Of a DNA stretch of 64,000 nucleotides, positions 25,298-37,128 are shown one piece after another. Below the pieces are notes generated by a model. That model was given only the letters and a program-made list of their open reading frames with translations, had not been told where the DNA came from and made no database searches. Position 1 is the stretch's first letter. Every line of letters begins with the position of its first letter. The translations under genes were made by a program, and so were the position numbers. This stretch comes from Malacoraja senta (Eukaryota): assembly GCA_038087875.1 (NCBI GenBank), contig CM075988.1, positions 16,494,001 through 16,558,000 of the forward strand. The letters are read 5' to 3'.

Positions 25298-26280
25298 TTA
25301 TAAAACAGAACTCAAAATAGTCTCTGCAAAAGGCACAGGCATGGCAACTGGCTTATTATAAAATTCTTGGAAGGTCTTCTCCCTGGACCATCCTGCCGTA
25401 CCCAAGATGTGATCCATTGGAACCTCCATGTGCCGTGCTGCCGATGTGGCTGCAGCCCTGGTGGAATGAGATTTAAAAATATCAGTATCCACCCCTGCAG
25501 CCCCCAAACCTGTCGAAGCCATCTAGATATAGTTTGGGCCGATACCCTATTGTGAGGTCTTTTGTGGCTCACTAATAGTGCCAATTCTTGGCCTCTTACT
25601 TTAGCTGTTAGCTCAATGTAAAGTAACAGATGTGTCATAACGCATAAGCGAACATCTGTAGGTTATGCCCGAAACTCTAGTTTAAGGCCGGATAACCCTG
25701 GCCTGTTTTGTTTTACCAGTTCATGAATATAAAAAGTTATATCATTTGTCCCTTTGGCCATCGAGTCCAGTCGTAATTTGTGTAGCGATTGCACCCGCTG
25801 GGCCGAGACCAGTGCCATCAGCATTACCAATTTAAGGGTAAGTTTCTCCAGGGACAGGGACGTTGCTGGTGACCAACCCCGAAGCAACGTCAACATAATA
25901 CTCACATCCCAAATGTGAGAGTATCTGGCCCTAGGGGGATTCGAGTTGAATATACCCCTCATTAGTTTGGAAACCAAGGGGTGAGATCCCAGTGAATGGT
26001 GGTCGAATCCCCGCCACAAATAGGTCGATAGGGCACTCCTGGCGCTGTTGATGGCACTGTAGCTAAGCCTTTCATCGAAATGAAGGTTAGCGAGGAACTC
26101 CAGGACATTAGTTACAGTGTCTGAGTTATACTCAACATTAGTCCTGGAACAATAACGTTCCCATTTCCTGATGTAAGTCAGGTACTGTTTCCTGGTAGAC
26201 TCTCTTTGTGCCGCCGCGATCATGTTGATGGTTCGGTCCGTCAGTCCAAGATCCAGAAGTGGCCTGTTCAAATTCTGCAA
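25298..26280 (-). pseudogene. DIRS ORF3: tyrosine recombinase, disrupted
   Basis: Integrase N-terminal helical region, catalytic QRVQ (R), HSTR (HxxR), AGW and FY; in-frame TAA at 25663-25665 and a frameshift near 25505. Confidence 0.92.
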
Positions 26281-28273
26281 ATTAACAGATTAGTCCTGTC
26301 ATGGCATGGATGACTTTCGCCAGTTACAGGATGGACCATCAAGACTGGTCTTTTAGTGACGGCCATACATGGTTCTAAAACCATGTCGAGAACCACAGGG
26401 AACCATGGCTGGGTAGGCCAGTCGGGTACTACCAAAATACCTGACGCAGAGTCTTGTTGTATTTTGCGTAAGACCCGACTGATGAGGCAGAAGGGGGGAA
26501 ATGCATAGAAAAACAAATTTCCCCAGTGCAGCGAAAAAGCGTCTATCGCTGCTGCCCCAGGGTCTGGTTCCCACGCAACATATGTCGGCAACTGGTGGTT
26601 AAGCCTAGATGCAAATAGATTGATATCTGGTGTTCCATATCTTGCTATGATGTCTGCAAACACTTTGGGGTCCAACATCCATTCAGTGTTGTCATTAAAT
26701 TTTCGTGACCTGGTGTCTGCCACTGAATTAAGTTTACCTGGTAGGTAAATAGCAGATATCCAAATGTTTCTCTTGATACACCATTGCCAGATTGAATTGG
26801 CCAGATCATCACATGATATCGATCTGATTCCACCCATGTGATTAATATAAGCCACCGCAGTGGTATATCTATTTGCAGGCGAACATGCAAATGATGCATT
26901 TTTGAACAGTTCACATTCAAACCATAGAATGCTCCCAACATTTCCAAATAATTTATACCAAGTGTATAAAGCAAAGATGATTCATGCGCATCCCATCTGC
27001 CCCCACAACTGGAGATGGTGTTGGTGGCACCCCAACCTTGAGCGCTGGCATCAGTCTGTAATACAACTGATGGGTTGCTAATAATAATGGGGCTGAAGGA
27101 ATGCCGAATGTTATGCGTCCACCATCGGAGTTCCAAAATAGCTTTTGTTGGTTATTGCATTGGTCTATCGAAATGACCAGCATGATGTTAAGTGCTTGCA
27201 CCTTTGCTCTCTGTAAATTTTGATAGTGCAAAGGTCCAAAGTGTGTCGCTGGAAAAGCAGCTACGATTTTGCCAATTACCCTTGCTACTTGTCTGATAGA
27301 TGGTTGACTGATTACAGCAAGGTTGCTGCAAACTTCCATTAATTCAGTTGCCTTTCCCTTAGGTAAAGTCACAGTCATGTGAACTGAATTAATGGTGAAT
27401 CCCAAATAGTCCATAGTCGTGGATGGTGTTAACTTTGATTTATCTGGATGTATGATAAACCCCAGTTTCTCAAATAGACCTATGGTAGCTGAAACAGCTA
27501 ATTTGGCTAATTCGCAGGTTTTACCCACGATTAGTATGTCATCTAAATACGCCATGACAATATGTTTTTGTTTCCGAAGAAACGCCAGAGCCGGTTTCAG
27601 TAATTTGGTGAATACTGGGGGCTGAGGTCAATCCATTAGGTAGTGCTTTGTACTGCCAAAGCTGCCCCATCCAGTTAAACATCAGATATCGGCGGTGATC
27701 CTTGTGTATAGGCACCGAACAGTATGCATCTTTTCAATCGATGCATGCCATGAAGTAGCCTTCGGAAATCAATTGTTTGGCCGTGACAAAGGTTTCCATT
27801 TTGAAGTGAGTATACTGCAATAATGTGTTCAATTGTCTCAAATCGATAATGATGCGACATCCACCATCTTTTTTCTTTTTTGTGAAAATGTTTGACACAA
27901 ATTCTCGAAACTCATGTTGAGATCTCTCAATTACACCCTTAGTATAAAGCCTCTTAATTTCAGCATGACCATCCAACTTCTCTTGTTGTGATAGAATAAA
28001 TGATCTGCTGGGTGCATGCTGAAGGTGTTTGTTTTCCAATTCAATTTCATATCCTTGAACACTATGCAGTAGATAAGAATCAGAGGTTATTGAACTCCAT
28101 GCCTCACAAAACCAGTGTAACCTACCCCCAACAAGTGTATCCATTGTACCTGCTATGTCCTGGGAGGAACCAGACCCACCTACCTCCATGGTTACCAGTG
28201 GGGTGTTCATCTCTTCTTCTTCTGTTTCTTGGCCGATTGAGGTGCTGGAATTCGGGGTTGGCGCATCTTCCAC
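26268..28273 (-). pseudogene. DIRS ORF2: reverse transcriptase, RNase H and DNA N6-adenine methyltransferase-like domain, disrupted
   Basis: GGRL..F...W, RIIIDLRQLN, FKME, ID*KDAY (TGA at 27734-27736), LPNGLTSAP, YLDD, RNase H TDASAQGWGA and INYLE, then LFASRLN and YAFPPF; about three frameshifts (near 27612, 27185, 26867). Confidence 0.92.
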
Positions 28274-29409
28274 GAAGGTCGCTCTGGGCCGCGGTCTAAA
28301 AAATACCTTTGTCCTTGAGTTGCGGCCTTCGAGCTTTCACCAGCTTCGACGTGACGTGGCCTGCTGGTGGATGCGTAGGGGTGCTGTCGCCGAGGTGTTT
28401 TGCCCGATGCCTTGATGAGCCCGGCGGCTTTCGCCTCTTCATCCAGCTCTTTAACCTGTTTGGACAGGTTGCCCCCGAATAACAAAATTGGCGGCGGTGT
28501 GGTGTTGGTCTTGCACAGAGCCGCAAATTTGGGGTTCAAGGCTGGGCGGATGGAGTTCTTTTGGAAACAGTTGATCTCGAACTGTGTATTGCAGAGCATC
28601 GCCAGCGTATCTTGCTGAGCCTCTGTCATTTCCGTGTCATCCACCGACCGGGCAAATGCTGTAATCCCCGTTGTTAAAAGATTGAGGATTTTCTGCATTT
28701 GTACCTCCTGTGCCCTTACACCTGCACCAATATGTCCCCAGATGGAGGGATTCACTGCTGGGACATTCAATGAGATACAGTTCCCTGGTGCCAGGTATTT
28801 TGCAGTGGTTTTATTGAGCGCCTGTTCCTGCAATTGATGGGTTGATAGGTAGTCAATGCTGGCTGCTAGTTCTTGTTTCAGCGGCTGCCCTGACTGTGGA
28901 GGCACCGCAAACTTTTTCACCATGCCCAGCATCTTCTCTTCTGGCACCCCCAGCATACTTGAAGTATCTTCAGCCAACCCTTGTTCGGAGTCAGCCCAGA
29001 AATGACTCCCAATGCTCCCCTCTGTCGAGGGAGATACATTGTGCAGCCCTGAAAAAGGTACTGCCATGGGCGTCCTAGGAGGCCCGTAGTGACATGACTC
29101 CTTCACCCGGAGTTTGTCACGGTGAAGCAATTGCACCACTAGCCGCTCCAGACGTGAAATGCGACTACTGTCGCTGTCTGCCGGCGGCGTTTGCTCATGG
29201 CTTGATACATCGGAGTCCATGAGCGTGTCCCTCCTTTTAGCGTTCCTGTCAGCCTGTGGCGACCCAGGCTGCACAGGTGCCGGGACAGAGACCGCTGATC
29301 GCAAAGATTGCCATGCTGCAGTCGGCCGCTGCTGGCTCCCGGTACTCTCGCGGTCCTCCTCAGCCAGTTTCTTAGCGGCCCGTTTGGACTTGGTACGGGT
29401 CCTGTCCAT
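28207..29409 (-). CDS. DIRS ORF1, gag-like, 400 aa from MDRTRTK, uninterrupted
   Basis: First ORF of the element, overlapping the start of pol in another frame; LNVPAVNPSIW and LLFGGNL resemble DIRS ORF1 motifs; the ATG at 29409 lies inside track ORF 28207..29442. Confidence 0.75.
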   Translation of the reverse strand: MDRTRTKSKRAAKKLAEEDRESTGSQQRPTAAWQSLRSAVSVPAPVQPGSPQADRNAKRRDTLMDSDVSSHEQTPPADSDSSRISRLERLVVQLLHRDKLRVKESCHYGPPRTPMAVPFSGLHNVSPSTEGSIGSHFWADSEQGLAEDTSSMLGVPEEKMLGMVKKFAVPPQSGQPLKQELAASIDYLSTHQLQEQALNKTTAKYLAPGNCISLNVPAVNPSIWGHIGAGVRAQEVQMQKILNLLTTGITAFARSVDDTEMTEAQQDTLAMLCNTQFEINCFQKNSIRPALNPKFAALCKTNTTPPPILLFGGNLSKQVKELDEEAKAAGLIKASGKTPRRQHPYASTSRPRHVEAGESSKAATQGQRYFLDRGPERPSWKMRQPRIPAPQSAKKQKKKR

Positions 29410-29903
29410 CGTTGGTCTTCCTGTGAACAGAAAGACACCCAAAAAACGACCTCAGAGTAAGTAACTTACCTGTAGGTCTCCGGGTTTCAGCTTACCGCTG
29501 CGGGGAACGCTCCTCCCCGCCTGTCGCTCTCAATGCGCTAGACGATATGTCGTGCATGCGCCCTGGCGGGCTCTTCACGTAGTCACTTACGTGACTCCGA
29601 AGTAAAATTCTGAGACCAAGACCTCTGGTCCTAGACTCTCCCACCAGTGGAGACATCCTCACCACATCCACTCTATCCAGGCCTTATTGGACCATCAACA
29701 CTTATGAACTTATTAGGCCATCAGAATTGGTACTCTAGCCGACACTATGTCTGTAATGACAGGGGGAAGAAGTTCGGCCCTTTTGTCCTGATGCAGTTAT
29801 TTAAACTGGTTGGTGATCGCTGGGCAAGAACAGAACTGTGCACAGTTCTGATAACCTCTGTAGTCAAATAGCACATTGACACAATCAGCTTACATATTGT
29901 GAA

Positions 29904-30992
29904 AAAGTGTTAAAGAAGGAACTGCAGATGCTGGAAAATCGAAGGTACACAAAAATGCTGGAGAAACTCAGCGGGTGCAGCAGCATCTATGGAGCGAAGG
30001 AAATAGGTAACGTTTCGGGCCGAAACCCTTCTTCAGACTGATAGGGGGTGGGGAGAAGAAAGGAAAAAAAGGAAAAGGAGGAGGAGGAGCCCGAGGGCTG
30101 GGGGAGGGGCGGAGACAACCAGATGGCTGATGAACGGGAGGGGACAGCCAGGGCTAGCAGAATTGGGAGAATTCAACGTTCAGGCCACCAGGATGTAGAC
30201 TGCCCAAGCGGAATATGAGGTGCATTTCCTCCAATTTACGGTGTTGCTCGCTGTGGCCATGGAGGAGACCCAGGACAGAGAGGTCAGATACGGAATGGGA
30301 GGGGGAGTTGAAGTGCTGAGCCACCGGGAGTTCAGGTTGGTTATTGCGGACCGACCGGAGGTGTTCCACTTTCCCTTGCAACCGCAAGAGATGCAACACT
30401 TGTCCCTTCACTTCCCCCCTCCACTCCATTCCAGGACCCAAGCAGTCGTTCCAGGTGCGACAGAGGTTCACATGCATCTCCTCCAACCTCATCTATTGCA
30501 TTCGCTGCTCTAGATGCCAGCTGATCTACATCGGTGAGACCAAGCGGAGGCTTGGCGATCGTTTCGCCGAACACCTCCGGTCGGTCCGCAATAACCAACC
30601 TGAACTCCCGGTGGCTCAGCACTTCAACTCCCCCTCCCATTCCGTATCTGACCTCTCTGTCCTGGGTCTCCTCCATGGCCACAGCGAGCAACACCGTAAA
30701 TTGGAGGAAATGCACCTCATATTCCGCTTGGGCAGTCTACATCCTGGTGGCCTGAACGTTGAATTCTCCCAATTCTGCTAGCCCTGGCTGTCCCCTCCCG
30801 TTCATCAGCCATCTGGTTGTCTCCGCCCCTCCCCCAGCCCTCGGGCTCCTCCTCCTCCTTTTCCTTTTTTCCTTTCTTCTCCCCACCCCCTATCAGTCTG
30901 AAGAAGGGTTTCGGCCCGAAACGTTACCTATTTCCTTCGCTCCATAGATGCTGCTGCACCCGCTGAGTTTCTCCAGCATTTTTGTGTACCTT
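29904..30992. mobile_element. Young 5'-truncated Penelope-like element: GIY-YIG endonuclease end plus 3' UTR, with an inverted copy forming a 424-bp palindrome
   Basis: ORF 30344..30781 contains CNRKRCNTC, NLIYCIRCSRCQLIYIGETKRRL..RF.EH and GLN; arms 29942-30366 and 30569-30992; direct repeat CTTACATATTGTGAA at 29889-29903 and 30990-31004. Confidence 0.9.
30898..30925 (+). ncRNA. Minimal type I hammerhead-ribozyme-like motif in the Penelope 3' UTR (mirror copy on minus strand at 30009-30036)
   Basis: CUGAAGA-A-GGGUUUCGGCCC-GAAA-CG-UU: both core boxes, stem II and the palindromic minimal stem III; stem I is only about 2 bp. Confidence 0.55.
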
Positions 30993-32614
30993 ACATATTG
31001 TGAATGCCTCCTTCAACAAAGAACCAGAGGGTTGAAGCCCGAGAAAAACAGGCTCAGCAGCTTGCGAATATGAGTGGGAAAGAGAGATAATTAGAAAACA
31101 ATGCATTTGCTGTGCCATTAGTTGAGCTACATTTTAATTTCCTTCACACACAAAATATTGCTTTTGCAACTTGAACGGCCCTGTGAACAGCTCTGAGCTT
31201 TCTGATTCCTGCAATGTTAAATGAATCGCTGAACGCGTACAGACAATAACATTGCGTTTTTACATTCCATAAATTGGATCACAGAATTTTAATACCTTGC
31301 AAAATCAATAAAATGTGGAAGGTGATCTCTCATCCAGCTCAGCTCTGAGATATCAACTATTCCCTCAGTAGCTGCAGGCAAACTCAATCCACATGTAAGA
31401 TGTGCTCAAACCAAACGTAACCGCAGGCTCGATGCAGGGGCAACAGTGGAGCAAAATGTGATCATTTTAGATTGAGGGGGAGATATTAGGACAGATGAGA
31501 TTTCACTCACTACCTTACGCAACACAGTTTAGTTTAGTTTAGAGATACAGGCCCTTTGGCCCATTGAGTCCGCACCGACCAGTGATCCCTGCACATTAAC
31601 ACCATCATACACTTTTACATTTCTACAAAGCCAATTAACCCTCAAACCTGTACGTCTTTGGAGAATGGGAGGAAAGCAAAGTTCTCAGAGAAAACCCACG
31701 CAGGTCACGGGGAGAACAGAGGGAGGCTATTTGGCCCATTGGCTTTCTGGCAGCTCTGAATCCTGTTCCTTTCTACTTAATTCTCTGTGGTTCAACAACT
31801 CAGTTTCTCTCACATTCCCAGAATTTACCCATTCCGATTCTTTTGCCACTTACCCACTTGGGGTGACTTACAGTTGTAAAATTACCAACATGTGTTATAA
31901 TTGTGTAGAAAGGTACTGCAGATGCTGGTTTATACCGAAGATAGACACAAAGTGTTGGAGTAATTCAGCCGGTCAGGCAGCATCTCTGGAAAAAAAAGAT
32001 GGCTGACATTTCAGGACCTGATGAAGACTGAAGAAGGGTCCTGACCCGGAATGTCACCATCGTTTTTCTCCAGAGATGCCGCCTGACCCGCTGAGTTACT
32101 CCAGCACTTTGTGTCTCTTTTATGATTGATTGATTGAAAGATACAGCGTAGAAACAGGTCTCTCAGCCCACTGAGTCCATGCCGACCATTGATCACCCAC
32201 TCACACTAGCTCCCTGTAAACCCATTGATTCAATTCCCTACACACTAGGGGCAATTTTACAGAGGCCAATTAACCTACAAACCTGTGGGAGAAAAACCAG
32301 AGCACTCGGAGGAAACCCACGTGGTCACAGGGAGAGCCTGCAATCTCTGTACAGTCAGCACCTGAGGTAAGGATCGAACCTGGGTCTCTGGCACTGCAAG
32401 GCCACAGCTCTACCAGCTGAGCCACTGTGCCACCTTTGTTGAATGTGGAAGGATACCAGAACATGTGGCACACAAGCTTGTGTGGTCAAATGGAGAGCGT
32501 GCTAACTGCACAAGGATAGCACTGGAGGTTAGGATCAAACCTTGCTTACAGCCAGGAGATTCTTCAGGGTGTGTACAGCAATGAAGGGAAATGCTGTAAA
32601 AAATATCCCAGAGA

Positions 32615-32978
32615 GGGGTATAAAATCATGAGAGGAATAGATCGGGTAGACGCACAGAATATTTGGCCAAGAGCAGGGGAATCGAGAACCAGAGGAAATA
32701 GGTTCAAGGTGAAGGGGGAAAGATTTAATAGGAATCTGTGGGGTGACACTTTCACACAAAGGGCAGTGGGTGTATGGAACGAGCTGCCAGAGGAGGTAGT
32801 TGAGGCAGGGACTATTGCAATGTTTAAGAAACAATTAAACAGGAGGATGGATAGGACAGGTTTGGAGTGATATGGGCCAAACGGAGGCAGGAGGGACTGG
32901 TGTTGATTTGACATGTTGGTCGGTGTGGGCAAGTTGGGCTGAAGGCCCTGTTTCCATGCTGTATCACTCTATGACTCT
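32615..32978 (+). mobile_element. CR1/HER1 3' fragment of the subfamily sharing its tail with the HE1-type SINE; related copies at about 5985-6412, 13095-13443, 14159-14498, 41300-41527, 44372-44594
   Basis: YKIMRGIDRVD...GVWNELPEEVVEAG; tail GGGCTGAAGGCCCTGTTTCCATGCTGTATCACTCTATGACTCTA. Confidence 0.85.
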
Positions 32979-33545
32979 AATTGCTCATTGGGCCAACTAC
33001 AAAGTAAATACTCCATGGAGGCAATCTTCGACATCTATCTACTCACTGTGCATGTACTTCTGTTGTTAGCAAGGTCTGGGTACATTCCTGAGCTTGTAAA
33101 TGCCTTACCCAGTCCAGATACACTGACCAGCCCTGTGCAGAGGCTTGTCACACCCAATCCACACCATGATGGCAGTCTAGATATCTGTTGATTGAATTGA
33201 ATTGACACTAAAGTGCCCACCGCACACACCGAGCGCAGAATGGTCAGCTGTTAGAAGTCATATTTATGGCCCACTGACCCCGGCATTTAATAGGAATTCA
33301 TTACACACAACAAACCGCAAAGCCCAGTGACTGTGGGGGACGGCCGGTGTCACCTTTGATCTCAGGTACAGTTGCGTGATGAAGTAGAATGCTCTTATAC
33401 TGAGCATGTCAGAGCCACGAGCTACAGACCTGATTCAAACCTTGTCTTTCTCTGCTCCTGGTTTACAGCATGGAACAGGGCAGCACAGGAACAGGCCCAC
33501 AATGTCTCTGCCAAACCGGGTGCCAAGATAGACTATTCTCATCTG

Positions 33546-33850
33546 GGCAGCATGGTGGTGCAGCGGTAGTTGCTGCCTTACAGCGCCAGAGACCCCGGTT
33601 CCATCCTGACTATGGGTGCTTTTCTGCATGGAGTTTGTATGTTTTTCCCATGACCTGAATGTGCTTTCTCTAAGATCTTCGGTTTCCTCCCACACTCCAA
33701 AGATGTACAGGTTTGCAGGTTAATTGGCTTGGTATGAATGTATATTGTCCCTAATGTGTGTAGGATGACTATTGATTTGTGGGGATCATTGGTCAGCACG
33801 GACTTGGTGGGCTGAAGGGCCTGGTTCCGTGCTATATCTCTAAACTAAAT
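33546..33850 (+). mobile_element. HE1-like V-SINE; further plus-strand copies at about 17121-17525, 19434-19705, 44955-45250, 63363-63651
   Basis: Same consensus. Confidence 0.85.
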
Positions 33851-36800
33851 TAAAAAATCTGCCTGCGCATGATCCATACCCCTCCATTCCCTGCATCTCC
33901 ATGTACCTAAGTAAAAGCCTCTGAAATCCCACTATCTGCCTCAACCATCAACCCTAGCAGCATGCTTCACCAACCTCAGCGTAAAATAAACTTGCCCCTT
34001 ATATCTCCTTTGAACTTTGCCCCTTCCCACCTTTCAGCTATTGACATGTCCACTCTGGGAGAAAGGTTCTGACTGTCTACCCTGTCTATGCCTCTCCTAG
34101 CTTTACATACTTCTATCAGGTTGAGCCAACAGGATAAGCAAAAGACAACTGCTATTTCCATCTAATTCCTTGTCCTGTATAAATGAAGTAATGTTCTTGT
34201 TTCGCCAGATCTAATAAAACACATTGCATTTCAAATTGATAGTGCAGTTAGTTGAACACTGCAAACCGCAGTCGCAGTGGAGAAAGGAAGGCTGCTCTGA
34301 CTAGTAGGTGTGTGTAAACAAATGCTCCAAATACCTCAGTGTATTTCCCTTCAACATTCAGTGCAATGACCTTTAGTCAGGGCAGGGCACACACAAAAAC
34401 GTGCCTCTGCCCCTGTGTCCAGGATCCCTTTGATCTCCTTGACTTTCTACAGCTCTGGAACACTGTTTGCTTATCCCCTGAATGCTACAGACAGCTCTGC
34501 TTATTTTCTGCATTTTCGGAATATGATTTCCTTTCTGTTTATCACCCAACAAAACAGAGGGACTAGATGGATCTGTCCTGTACCTCTTCATACCTCTAGT
34601 TTCTCTCTTCCCTGACTCTCAGTCTGAAGAAGGGTCTCAACCCGAAATGTTACCTATTCCTTTTCTCCAGAGATGCTGCCTGACCCGCTGAGTTACTTCA
34701 GTGTTTTTTTGTGTCAACCTTAGATGATGAATCTATTTTTTTTCCAGACAGAGTTAATTTCCAAAATGTATGGTTTTGAAAACTGGCCCCTCTAAGAGTT
34801 TAAAATGTGAAATGGGTTCAAGAAGGGACGTTTACAGAATCTGGAGCAACACACTAAGTGCTGGAGGTACTCAGCGGGTCAGACAACATCTGTGGAGGAA
34901 ATGAATGGCCGCCATTTTGGGTCGCTTTGGACTGATGAGTAATGGAGAACAAGCTGGAAAAGAGAGGCGGGAGTGGAACAAAGCCAAGCAAGTGATAGGC
35001 GGATAAATGTGAGTTGGGAGGGGGATTGGCAGATGGTGGAGTAAGTGACAAAGGCTAGAGGTGAAAAGGAGACAGATAAGGAGAGAGGAGGATTGAACTG
35101 TGATGCCAGAGAGAGGAATATAGGTGGAAGTGGACAGACTAAGGAAGGGGACCAGAAACTACATCCTCTGGGATGGAAGGAGAATGGGGGCAAAATCTTC
35201 TAAATGAAGTGGAATCAGGAAGTAATTTTTTCACACAACTGATGTTACCTCTGGATTTTTTTCCAGTAGATTCTGAATCTATTGCTGTTTGGACAACAGT
35301 GAGTATTCAATTGTGAAGGAGATTGGGGGATATGATTTAGTTTAAAAAATAGATGTTATTCTTAATTTTAAAAAAAGAGAAGAACACAGTGCAAAGCTGT
35401 GACAATATAAAGAAGAATTGAGTTGCAGATGAGCTGTGAATACAGGAGCTGGCATTGGGTGCCTCAGGCACAACCTATAGGTAATGACGTCACCGTCCCT
35501 GAGTTTAATAACTAATTAACAAAATTAAATGCAAAATTTCAAACACGCAGCTGATGAACGAGGTCCTGTCCGTACCAATGTCATGGACAAAGAGGTCCCT
35601 TTCTCTTCACCCCATCCCTCAGATGGGCTTTCTATTTAACGAATGCACTTAGAGTTAAGCATTAAGTGCTGTAATGGTCCCGACCTGAAACGTCACCTTC
35701 TCCAGAGATGCTGCCTGACCCGCTGAGTTACTCCAGCACTTTGTGTCCTTTTATTTAGAGTTAAGTGTTGTGCTGAGGCCAAGTGCCAGCTCCCAGACAC
35801 TTCCTCACATCCATCGCTTGACCATAGCCCCACAGATGAACACCAGGGCGTTATCTCCCAGGGTGTTATTTTACACTGTGAAATCCCCCCAGAGTTAAGC
35901 AAATCTCTGCCATTCCATGGGATCGGTCATATTTACTTAATTACCTTAACTTACATTCTACGCCTTGGTGAATGAAGGCGAGCAACCCATATCCTTTATT
36001 CACTTCTCTATCTAACTGTGCCGCCACCTCGGGCATCTTTAGACCTGCACATCAAAGCCCCTTTGTTCCTCAACATTAGGGACAACGTAAGCTTTCTCTT
36101 GAATGCTCCATCAATCATAGAGTCATACTGCACGGAAACAGGCCCTTCAGCCCAACTTGCCCATGCCAACCAAGATGCCCCATCTACACTAATCCAACCT
36201 GCCTGCGTTTGGCCTATATCCCTCTAAGATATTTATTATGATAAATACTTAAAGGTAAGTACTGAGCTGAGGCCAAGTGCCAGCTCTTGTATACCTCCTC
36301 ATACCCACCCCTTGCCCATGACCCCACAGATGGACAACAGGGCATTATCTTCCAGGCTGTTATTGATCATGATAAATATCTTACCCTTATCTGACCCCCT
36401 CCCAAAAAAATACATCACCTCACATTTTTTTAGGATTAAATTCCATTCTGCATTGCCTGATTTGCCAGCTGTTGAAATATCAAGATAAAGACTACCTCCT
36501 CACTATGAACAACACCAGCAATGTTTGTGTCATCTGCCAACTTACTATTCATACATCCTGCACTGACATCTAGGTCGTTACTGTATACGATAAATAGAAA
36601 GGTTCCCAGCTCCGATCCCCGTGGTATGTCTGAAGAAGGGTCTCGACCCAAAACGTCACCTATTCCTTCGCTCCATAGATGCTGCCTCACCCGCTGAGTT
36701 TCTCCAGCATTTTTGTCTACCTTTGACCAGAAAGGTGCTTCTCTCTCTTTCACAAATCTGCGATTTTTCCAGCATCTGCAGTTCTATCTTAAACCCGTGG

Positions 36801-37002
36801 TACATCTGGTCACAGTCACAGTCTTTCAATGACAAAAGCAACCTTCCACCATCTCTTTGTGTCCTCTTTTAGATTGAATTTGCCAATTTGCCTTGCATCC
36901 GTTGGGCTCTAACCTTTTTGGATCAGCCTTCCATGCTGCTCTTCTGTTCAGCTCTAACTTTCTGATGTAAGGTTATTGACCTGAAATGCTGATAAATATT
37001 GT

Positions 37003-37128
37003 TAAAGAAGGAACTGCAGATGCTGGAAAATCGAAGGTACACAAAAATGCTGGAGAAACTCAGCGGGTGCAGCAGCATCTATGGAGCGAAGGAAATAGGT
37101 AACGTTTCGGGCCGAAACCCTTCTTCAG
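37003..37128 (-). mobile_element. Short Penelope-derived 3' module of the young subfamily
   Basis: Appears identical to 29911-30036; flanked by GATAAATATTGT repeats. Confidence 0.9.

Larger units (their letters stand above)
24798..29608 (-). mobile_element. Full-length DIRS1-like tyrosine-recombinase retrotransposon (gag, RT/RNase H/methyltransferase-like, YR) with inverted terminal repeats and internal complementary region
   Basis: ITR 24869-24905 is reverse-complementary to 29544-29580; ICR 25015-25115 is complementary to both termini; ORF content as listed below; interrupts a CR1 fragment at an AAT trinucleotide. Confidence 0.95.

Noticed and set aside
25298..26855. Prophage or bacterial contamination suggested by integrase plus methylase
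   Set aside because: Both domains are standard DIRS components, enclosed by ITR/ICR and inserted into a host CR1 fragment.
37101..37128. Short copies starting at the ribozyme cleavage site
   Set aside because: Copies begin at the CUGA box, about 28 nt upstream of the predicted cleavage position, so their 5' ends are not evidence of self-cleavage.
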